From a virus: a stretch of DNA of 64,000 nucleotides. Both the position numbers and the translations under genes were made by a program. The stretch is taken from positions 6,609 through 70,608 of the IMG/VR virus record IMGVR_UViG_3300048589_000504, one strand, 5' to 3'. Shown piece after piece: positions 56,926 through 64,000 of the stretch (its first letter is position 1; each line of letters opens with the position of its first letter). Below the pieces are notes generated by a model that was not told the origin of the DNA, did no database searches, and saw only the letters and a list, made by a program, of their open reading frames with translations.

Positions 56926-57104
56926 TTCAGGCGCTACGGCCGTCTCCGCCCGCGCTTTTGCCCGCTTTTGTAGCGCTTGCGGTAGCGCTTCAAGGGCGCT
57001 TCTGCTCTCTGTAGCGGCCGCTACAGGCCGCTTCACATGCGCTTCAGGCGCAGCGGTCCGTAGCGGGCCGGAAGCGCCTGCTGTAGCGGGCATTTTCAGG
57101 CGCT
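56926..57104. repeat. helically phased CGCT(T/A) array
   Basis: CGCTW at 56932, 56953, 56963, 56974, 56986, 56997, 57019, 57029, 57040; inverted AGCG at 57052, 57062, 57073, 57085. Confidence 0.6.
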
Positions 57105-57145
57105 CCCCCTGCCCTTGCCGGTCCCTGAAGTATTCCAATTAGTTA

Positions 57146-57173
57146 TTGACATATCATGTATACATGATATACT
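57146..57173 (+). promoter_or_regulatory. promoter with perfect 20-bp operator palindrome
   Basis: TTGACA-N16-TATACT; ATATCATGTATACATGATAT at 57151-57170. Confidence 0.8.
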
Positions 57174-57220
57174 TAGAGTAGTTGAGAGCAAGAGTAGTTA
57201 ACAGTTTAGGAGTACGAGCA

Positions 57221-57499
57221 ATGACAACTTACACGAACGAAACCTACGCCAAACATTACCCGCAACTGGTCGCCCAGGCCGTCGCCGCCGGTTATGTCGC
57301 TGAAGACGATCCGACCGATGTCGATGTCGTCGAATACATCAAAAGCGAGCATGTGGACGCTTTCAAGGCCTACGCCGATTGCGGCCTGAGTGACGCCGAA
57401 GCGGTCGAACTCTTATCCGAGTACGATTGCGATTACGATGAAGCCCTGCGCGGCGGGGAAGTGCAGCCACATGACCCTTACGCTCATGTGAGCTTCTAA
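57221..57499 (+). CDS. acidic hypothetical protein
   Basis: AGGAG SD; Asp/Glu-rich. Confidence 0.6.
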   Translation: MTTYTNETYAKHYPQLVAQAVAAGYVAEDDPTDVDVVEYIKSEHVDAFKAYADCGLSDAEAVELLSEYDCDYDEALRGGEVQPHDPYAHVSF

Positions 57500-57553
57500 A
57501 GATTAGTGGGCGCGGGCTGGAACCCGCGCCCGCACTCGCCACAGGACAACGCA

Positions 57554-57979
57554 ATGATAAAAGCAACCAACGTCACATTTACAACGAATTCCCCGCGAGC
57601 CTCCCTTGCCATCGACTGTACCGGCCTGAGCCTTGTCACGTACAATGGCAAGCCGATGATGCTGGCCTATGGCGACGGGGCGCGCACGAGGGAGGCGATT
57701 TGTCAGCTCTACGAAGAGGTAAACGGCACCCCTCCCCTCGCGCCGGAAGATCCGTACTTTCGCGGATTCCAGGCCATTGGCGGATACCAGCCGCATGTGG
57801 GCGACAAGTGGCAATTAGCAGACGAGCGCGCGCGGCAGATGATGATCATGGACCCCGATCCGGAGATTGACGGGGTGCGTGCGCAGTGGGTGCGCTTCAT
57901 TGGCTATCATGGCGCGCCCGCTTTCTTCCCTGAAGTTTTGCCGGCCGCTGCCCTTGACGGCGCGCGGCCGTGGGAGTAG
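57554..57979 (+). CDS. hypothetical protein
   Basis: AGGA SD. Confidence 0.55.
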   Translation: MIKATNVTFTTNSPRASLAIDCTGLSLVTYNGKPMMLAYGDGARTREAICQLYEEVNGTPPLAPEDPYFRGFQAIGGYQPHVGDKWQLADERARQMMIMDPDPEIDGVRAQWVRFIGYHGAPAFFPEVLPAAALDGARPWE

Positions 57980-57986
57980 GAACGAA

Positions 57987-58283
57987 ATGAAAAAGACCAT
58001 GACCATTTTCTGCACACCGGAAGCCTTCATCGCTCGCGTCACCGAGAGCGGTCAAGGCTGCACGACAGTCACGCGCGAGTACCGCATTCATGGCCTGAGC
58101 ATCCGGCGGTTCTACGCCCTGAGCGGCGGCAAGCACACGGCCGTGTCTCTCAGCGACCACAGTTACGAGGTCTATCTGCGGCGGCTCCGGCTCAACGAGA
58201 AAGAGGGGGTTAAGATGGATAAGCCTCGGTATGAGCTGCTGCTGGCATCGAGGGCGATGAACGACGAGGCGAAAGGAAGCTAA
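57987..58283 (+). CDS. hypothetical protein
   Basis: AGGA SD. Confidence 0.45.
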   Translation: MKKTMTIFCTPEAFIARVTESGQGCTTVTREYRIHGLSIRRFYALSGGKHTAVSLSDHSYEVYLRRLRLNEKEGVKMDKPRYELLLASRAMNDEAKGS

Positions 58284-58284
58284 G

Positions 58285-58596
58285 ATGAACGAAGAAGAGT
58301 ACAAGCAGCACCTTGACGAGATAGCCGAAAAAGCGCACAAGGACATGACAAAAGTTCAGACCGCGTTCGGCACGCTTTACGTTGTTAGCCTGAGAAATTA
58401 TCATGACGAGCCGATTGTTGCTTCATTCATTTGCGCCGAAACAGGCTACGATGATGAGGCGATGAAGCTGCGCGCGCCGATCTCTCTTCTGGAAAAGCGC
58501 AACGGCGTTGACCGGTATCCGACAATCACCTCGGTAGCAGTCTACGGCGAGAGCGTGCAGAAAATCGTGCGGCGCATTGTGGAGGAAGTGTACTAG
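58285..58596 (+). CDS. hypothetical protein
   Basis: AAGGA SD. Confidence 0.5.
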   Translation: MNEEEYKQHLDEIAEKAHKDMTKVQTAFGTLYVVSLRNYHDEPIVASFICAETGYDDEAMKLRAPISLLEKRNGVDRYPTITSVAVYGESVQKIVRRIVEEVY

Positions 58597-58768
58597 CCCT
58601 GCCCAGGCCGCGCAGAATGGCCGCTGCCGCGTCGAGGCGTAACAGCGGCATAATTCCTTAGATCGTTGCGCCACTCTCTTTTTAAGGGTATTGTATACAA
58701 CGTTTACAGAGTTACGCCTGTATCCGGCAGAAACAGGCGTAGACAATGCACATAATAGGGAGATACCT

Positions 58769-59575
58769 ATGGCGAAAATCTACGCAGTAATGAACAGAAA
58801 AGGCGGCACCGGCAAGACGACGACGGCGATTGCGTTGGCGCAAGGGCTGGCCCGCCGCCGCTACGAGGAAGGATACACCGGTGATACGGCCGTGCTGCTG
58901 GTGGACCTTGACCCGCAAGGGCACGTTGCCGGTTCGCTCGACCTGGACACCGGCGGCCGCTGCCTGAGCCAGTTCTTTCTTGACCGATCCAACTATGGGC
59001 GCGTGCTTATGCGCGCCGCCAACGAAAGCCATGCGCGGCGTGGCATGTGGGTTGTTCCAGCTACCGATAACTTGACCGAGGCGAAGCGCGCCTTGATTGT
59101 GAATGGAAAGATCGACGACGCGCTGGAATGGGCACTTGGCGAAACGCGCAAGCTCTTTGAGTACATCGTGCTCGATTGCCCGCCGACGCTGGACTTCCTT
59201 CAGACGGCCGTCTATCGCTTTGCCGATCTCGCCGTCGTGCCGGTACGTGCCGACTACCTGTCGCTCAATGGCGCAATGCAGCACACGCGCGACATCGTGG
59301 CCGCGCAGCAAGCGGGCAGCAAGATCGCGATCAAGGCGCTTGTCCCGACCTTCTTCGACACGCGGATCAACCAATGCAGCGCAGTGGTGAGCAGACTAAT
59401 CGAGGTGTACGGCCGTGACAAGGTGACAGTACCGATTCCGAGCACGATCCGCGTGGCCGAAGCACCGGAGTATGGCATGACAGTATTCGAATACGCCGAA
59501 AGCCGGAGCAGCGACAACATGGCCCAGATCGCGGCAATGGCCTACAACAGGGTAGTAGAGAGGGTGATGATATGA
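58769..59575 (+). CDS. parA: ParA/Soj-family partition ATPase
   Basis: NRKGGTGKTT, LVDLDPQG, IVLDCPP, RVAEAP.G; GGGAG SD. Confidence 0.92.
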   Translation: MAKIYAVMNRKGGTGKTTTAIALAQGLARRRYEEGYTGDTAVLLVDLDPQGHVAGSLDLDTGGRCLSQFFLDRSNYGRVLMRAANESHARRGMWVVPATDNLTEAKRALIVNGKIDDALEWALGETRKLFEYIVLDCPPTLDFLQTAVYRFADLAVVPVRADYLSLNGAMQHTRDIVAAQQAGSKIAIKALVPTFFDTRINQCSAVVSRLIEVYGRDKVTVPIPSTIRVAEAPEYGMTVFEYAESRSSDNMAQIAAMAYNRVVERVMI

Positions 59576-59895
59576 GCAGTGACGACATTGATAACGCATT
59601 GGGCAGCATTGCAAACCGAGCGCCAGGCTCACGCATCGGCAAGGAAAAGGTAGAGCAGCCGGTCGCGCGGCAGGCGACGCGCACGACCGAGAAAACCATC
59701 GTCTATTCTGTGCGCCTACCGGAAGCATTCGCTGCGCACACCCGGCAGATCGCGAAGCAGTTCGGGATCAGCGAGGCCGAGGCGAAAAGGGCGATCATCT
59801 ATCGGGGAGTGCAGGCGTACATGATTGACAAAGAGCAGCTCGAAACCGAGTTCACCACCAAAGTCGTAGCAGTACGGCCCAGCGATCTAGCCTAA
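59572..59895 (+). CDS. putative ribbon-helix-helix centromere-binding partner of ParA
   Basis: ATGA-coupled to parA; flexible N-terminus then YSVRLPE...IAKQFGISEAE. Confidence 0.6.
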   Translation: MSSDDIDNALGSIANRAPGSRIGKEKVEQPVARQATRTTEKTIVYSVRLPEAFAAHTRQIAKQFGISEAEAKRAIIYRGVQAYMIDKEQLETEFTTKVVAVRPSDLA

Positions 59896-59924
59896 CCCAG
59901 CCACATCCGCGATCCCGTCCCTGA

Positions 59925-59954
59925 TTGACAGATCGTGTATACATGATTTACAAT
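59925..59954 (+). promoter_or_regulatory. promoter with third operator copy
   Basis: TTGACA-N18-TACAAT; ATCGTGTATACATGAT at 59932-59947. Confidence 0.75.
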
Positions 59955-59973
59955 AACTAACAGAGAGGTTACG

Positions 59974-60417
59974 ATGACACTTTACACAACAAAGGATCAG
60001 GAGCAGGGTCGCATGACACGAGACTTAAACCGCCGCGAGCGGGCCGAGGCTATGGCCGCTTACGCGCAGCGGATTGTGCGCGTCGAGCCGTACCCGCCGG
60101 AGGTGGAGGCGTTAATCGCCAAAGCGATGACCGAGCACGACTTCGATACCCGCCTGTCGGCGCTGCGCTTTCTCGAAGCTGCCGGTCGCCTTGACAAAGG
60201 CTTCCGCGTCGGCGGCAAGATCGCCAATTACGACGAGGCGGTGAAGGCGCTGATGGGTAAGTTCGACTGCACCAAAAAGACCGCGCTGAAGCATGTACGT
60301 GAGGCGGCGATGGTTGCCCAACATCCGAGCTACGAGCCGAGCATCGCCAACTGGGGCGGCGTGCGGCGCGGGGATGGGTGGCCGCCGGAGACTGTCGCAG
60401 AAGATGAAGGGCCTTAG
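59974..60417 (+). CDS. hypothetical protein
   Basis: GAGG SD; own promoter and terminator; ends WGGVRRG.G.P. Confidence 0.6.
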   Translation: MTLYTTKDQEQGRMTRDLNRRERAEAMAAYAQRIVRVEPYPPEVEALIAKAMTEHDFDTRLSALRFLEAAGRLDKGFRVGGKIANYDEAVKALMGKFDCTKKTALKHVREAAMVAQHPSYEPSIANWGGVRRGDGWPPETVAEDEGP

Positions 60418-60426
60418 ACCAAAACA

Positions 60427-60456
60427 AAACAAGCCACCTTTGCGGGTGGCTTGTTT
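60427..60456. terminator. intrinsic terminator
   Basis: AAACAAGCCACC/GGTGGCTTGTTT. Confidence 0.7.
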
Positions 60457-60713
60457 GTTACCTGGGTAGTTAGGCCAGGATTTTGAGTACGAGACAGTGA
60501 GCCGGGAGGCCCACAGTCAAGAGCAATCTCATCATAGCAGTTGCTCATTTCCATGTCAACTATCGGTTAATGGTTCAGGATGTTTACAAAGGTTCGGCAG
60601 AGGTTTACAATGTGCCATATCCTTTCGCGAATTCACGCGAAGTTAATGGGTACGTTACCGACCTTCCGGCCATCATTGCGTTTTTGATCGCAGCAGGGAA
60701 AGGGACGACGTTG

Positions 60714-60947
60714 ATGTTACGAGATGCAAGCGAACAGAGTTGGCCGGTAGATCGACCGGAAGGCAGCAGTGGTATCGTGCGGATCGCATCCGCGCAGCAA
60801 GCGATCATTCTGGAGCTGGTCAATCTCGTCGAAGAGGGCGTGTGCGATGACCGGGCCGAGGCGCGGCTGCGCGAGTTGGTGGTTGCGAGCAAGGAGGTGC
60901 TGACGCTGGTCGCGGAGGCGCTACAGACGTGTTACGAGCAAAGATAA
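60714..60947 (+). CDS. hypothetical protein
   Basis: AAGGGA SD; start uncertain. Confidence 0.4.
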   Translation: MLRDASEQSWPVDRPEGSSGIVRIASAQQAIILELVNLVEEGVCDDRAEARLRELVVASKEVLTLVAEALQTCYEQR

Positions 60948-61025
60948 AAGCGCCGGGTAGTCCGGCGCTGGTCGCAGGCGGCTGGTCGGACAAACAAGCC
61001 GCCACACGAATGAGAGGGGTATAAC

Positions 61026-61793
61026 ATGAAGATTTTATTGCTGGATAATCAGATCGGGTTTCGGCGCGCGCTGGCAGATTATTTGACTAGGCACGGCTAT
61101 CTGGTCGATGCGCAGGACACGACCGCGAGCGCGCTTGCGGCGCTGGCCGCGAGTGGCGACGAGGGTGGGGAACCCTTCGGCCTGGCGATTGTCGAACCGC
61201 ACACGAACAAGCGATTTTTGACGGAAGCGCAAGAGATGGCGCCTGGCCTGCCGATTTTGGTCGTGACCGGCGAACCGGACTGGAAAGCGGGCGTGGACTA
61301 TCTGACGGCCGGTTACGTCGATGCCTACCTCTCCAAACAGGACCCGGAGCTGCACGACCGGCTGCTCAGTTGTATTCAGGACACGGCCGTGCGCATGTCC
61401 TTCGATGGATGGCAAGTGGACATGGAGACATACGAGATCACGTATCACGGCCGTCCAATCGAACTGACCCAGATGCAGACAGTCATCTTTGCCCATTTCG
61501 TGCGCAACCCGCGCAGGCGCATCGGTTACGAAGAGATCGCCCGCGTGACCGGCAAGGACCCGGACACGCTCGCAGCCGCCCGCGTCAAGATGGCGGCAAC
61601 GATGAGCAACATGCGCGCACGACTGGCAGAGCAGGCCGGTTACGAGGTAATCAGCAGCGTAATCCGCATGGGCTTCAAGATCATGCCCGCACCGGTTGAT
61701 GGAAGCGAGAGCGAGAGCGCCGCGGCCGGTGAAGCGGCCGGGCAGAGTGAGGCGGCTGGGGAGCGAGGCGGCGCGGAGAGGGTGAAGGTCTAG
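61026..61793 (+). CDS. orphan OmpR-like response regulator with atypical receiver
   Basis: MKILLLDN, LAIVEP, PILVVTG, AYLSK; winged-helix IELTQMQ...MSNMRARL...IRMGFKI. Confidence 0.8.
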   Translation: MKILLLDNQIGFRRALADYLTRHGYLVDAQDTTASALAALAASGDEGGEPFGLAIVEPHTNKRFLTEAQEMAPGLPILVVTGEPDWKAGVDYLTAGYVDAYLSKQDPELHDRLLSCIQDTAVRMSFDGWQVDMETYEITYHGRPIELTQMQTVIFAHFVRNPRRRIGYEEIARVTGKDPDTLAAARVKMAATMSNMRARLAEQAGYEVISSVIRMGFKIMPAPVDGSESESAAAGEAAGQSEAAGERGGAERVKV

Positions 61794-62099
61794 GGAGATC
61801 ACAGTCACTATCTGGACGGCTGCTGTTAATCGATGTACTATAACATTTCACATGGTTTTGTGTGGTTTTCTGATATTTGGCGAGATTGCGGCGGTGAGGC
61901 GCCTGTTGCGTGATGGGCACAAATGGATATGATCCAGCGAGAGAGCAGGTAAAACAGCCTGCAAAGCAAAACGACGATCCGCTACCTGCCCTGGTTTTTG
62001 ATCGTCGAATTCGCTTGAGTGATGTATTGCCGCAAAATCCGGGTGAAAAACCTGGGGTTTTCGTGTTCCTGAGCGGCAAATTGTTAGGAGAATTGTAGC

Positions 62100-63107
62100 A
62101 TGGATACGGCAACGGTCAAGAGCATTGAAGACGTTTGGCAGGATACGCTTAATGAATTGAAGCTACAGATGACGCGGGCGACGTTCGACCAGTGGCTCGC
62201 GTCATCTACGGCCGTCCAGTTGTGGGGCAATGAGCTTACCATTACTGTCGTCAACGAAATGGCGCAGGACTGGCTCATGCACCGGCTGCGGGACACGATA
62301 GAGCGCACGCTGAGCGCAGTAGCGGGGGAGGCTATGACAATCAAGATCGTTACCAGAAGTGATGTGGAGCAGGAGGCGCTCTTGCGCATGCCGCCGGTGG
62401 CTACGGTGGTTTATGACGCGACGCTGACAAGGCATCAGCCACCGCCGCCGCCCGCGCCGAACGATCCGGCGGTGTACGGCCGTTCGGACGCGGAGCTGCG
62501 CGCAAGCATAGAGGCGCGCAGGAACGCGGGTATGAATGGCAGCCAGAGCGGACATCTGAATGGCAGCGGCAAGGGCCACCAAATCGAGGATGACGACGAA
62601 ATAACCATCACGCGCAGCGAAGAGGGTGATCCAGACGCAGCCTTTATGCAGATCGGGCATTACGCGGTTCGGTTCTGGCGGCCGTATCTGGGGCGCACGG
62701 CATTTGATTTGTGGGAGGTGCTTACCACCTACCAGTACGGCATGGAAAACTGGAAAGAGAAAGCGCCGCACAACTCGACCCTTCTGCGCAAGATAGGAAT
62801 CCAGAATCGGCAATCGCTGGAAGAGGCGATCATCGACTTGGAACGTGAAGGTATTTTTAGCTTCCGGCGCGAGATGAAAGACGACGATCCACGTACCGCG
62901 AAATGCTACTATGACGATTTCAAGCCGCTGGATGTTCGCTATGGCGGCGGCCGGCTGCTGAGCTATGAGCAGCACCTGCGCCTGACGCCCCCGGACCAGA
63001 AAGAGCACATTCGTTATCTGAAGAAGTACGTCAAGAAAGGCCGGTTCGACATGCGGGCCTGGCGCAGCGGCGCGCCGCGCAGCCAGTGGTTGATCGAGCG
63101 TGAATAG
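62100..63107 (+). CDS. replication initiator with DnaA domain I and C-terminal HTH-like domain
   Basis: VWQDTLNELKLQMTRATFDQWL...QDWLMHRLRDTIERTL; YAVRFWRPYLG; iterons follow. Confidence 0.75.
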   Translation: MDTATVKSIEDVWQDTLNELKLQMTRATFDQWLASSTAVQLWGNELTITVVNEMAQDWLMHRLRDTIERTLSAVAGEAMTIKIVTRSDVEQEALLRMPPVATVVYDATLTRHQPPPPPAPNDPAVYGRSDAELRASIEARRNAGMNGSQSGHLNGSGKGHQIEDDDEITITRSEEGDPDAAFMQIGHYAVRFWRPYLGRTAFDLWEVLTTYQYGMENWKEKAPHNSTLLRKIGIQNRQSLEEAIIDLEREGIFSFRREMKDDDPRTAKCYYDDFKPLDVRYGGGRLLSYEQHLRLTPPDQKEHIRYLKKYVKKGRFDMRAWRSGAPRSQWLIERE

Positions 63108-63172
63108 GTTGGATTTCAGGTGTCTGAAACAGGATCGAATTGACAATGACTACGCGCAAACGTGAACGCTAG

Positions 63173-63345
63173 ATGTTACATCCTACGTACACGTTTAGAA
63201 TGTTACATCCTACGTACACGTTTAGAATTTCAAATGTTATACGTGGTGTACACGTTTGGATCAGATGTTACACCTGACGTACACATTTACAGATAAAAGA
63301 AATAAAAGAAATAAAGGTGCAAAAGAAAGTTGTTATCTTTTTCTT
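63173..63345. repeat. iteron array plus AT-rich tract: putative replication origin
   Basis: ATGTTACATCCTACGTACACGTTTAGA twice exactly (63173, 63200) plus degenerate copies at 63234 and 63265; ATAAAAGAA repeats at 63293-63315. Confidence 0.8.
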
Positions 63346-63372
63346 TTGCGTTGAAGGCGAGGCGAACTAAAA

Positions 63373-64000
63373 ATGACAGCGACGACGACACAAGCAGACA
63401 AGCCCGAACATGCGGCGGCGATCCACCCGCTTGCAAACCATACGGCCGTGTTGCATAATGCGCTCATGGATCTGTCCGAACTTTACGGAGCCAGAGACGC
63501 GGCCGATTATGCGGGCGTGAGTTTGCCGACGCTGCGCCATGCGGTTCAGGGAGGGACGCTGGAACCGATAGCCCTGAGCCAGCGCGTCTATGCCGACGGC
63601 CGTGTCTACCCGTATGGCTTCGTGTTCACGCGGCGGATGCTGGACGCCTGGCGCGCCGACGGCCGTGCCGCGCCGACCGAAGACGAGCGGCGGCAGGTGT
63701 TCAACAGCGCCGGAGCCGCCGAGTATCTGGGCATTTCGGTGGATGCGCTGAAGCAGGCGTATCATGTGCGCGGCTCGTTGGCGGGCCGGAACATCGGCGG
63801 GGCGGTTGTATTCCTGCTGCGCGATCTAATCGCCTACAGCGAACGCGAACGGCCGTCCGGGCCGGAGCATCCGCGCGCGCTGTTCAGCGCCGAGCAAGTG
63901 CGCGAGATGCGTGAGCTGTACGAAAGTGGCGTGACCATCCGCGAGATCGCCAACCGCATGGACCTCGACGCCGACCTCACCACGATCCACGGCGTTGTAT
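63373..64000 (+). CDS. multi-HTH (excisionase-like) DNA-binding protein, 3' truncated
   Basis: Frame open to the window end: YGARDAADYAGVSLPTL, FNSAGAAEYLGISVDAL, GVTIREIANRM. Confidence 0.7.
   Translation, partial: MTATTTQADKPEHAAAIHPLANHTAVLHNALMDLSELYGARDAADYAGVSLPTLRHAVQGGTLEPIALSQRVYADGRVYPYGFVFTRRMLDAWRADGRAAPTEDERRQVFNSAGAAEYLGISVDALKQAYHVRGSLAGRNIGGAVVFLLRDLIAYSERERPSGPEHPRALFSAEQVREMRELYESGVTIREIANRMDLDADLTTIHGVV

Noticed and set aside
63173-63291. 27-bp repeats as a CRISPR array
   Set aside because: Repeats are adjacent or separated by only 4-7 bp, with no spacers and no cas genes; the context fits iterons.

Overview
The whole window is a GC-rich, long-tailed (siphovirus-type) temperate phage genome segment, cut inside genes at both ends. 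Gene order: ParB-N/DNA-methyltransferase plus nuclease-like partner; terS, terL, portal with a fused MuF-like domain, HK97 protease and capsid; head-tail genes, tail tube and frameshifted tail chaperones; a 2211-aa tape measure carrying a LAGLIDADG intein; a large adhesin/spike cluster; holin, tri-domain endolysin and metallophosphoesterase; a leftward early operon with a tyrosine recombinase (and an opposite-strand orphan Panacea gene); then a lipoprotein FtsK/TraB-like ATPase, methylase-Mrr fusion, antirepressor, ParA with a small partner, an atypical OmpR-like regulator and a DnaA-domain-I initiator followed by iterons. The ParA/initiator/iteron set suggests a phage-plasmid. The host is probably Chloroflexota (inference only). 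The most striking signals are: (i) the palindrome ACGGCCGT, about 88 copies by hand count against roughly 2 expected, which resembles cyanobacterial HIP1; (ii) a duplicated, covarying promoter-leader-terminator in front of the head and tail operons; (iii) one operator palindrome inside three promoters; (iv) several highly structured intergenic RNAs; (v) a helically phased CGCT array. All family assignments come from recognising motifs by eye, not from database searches.
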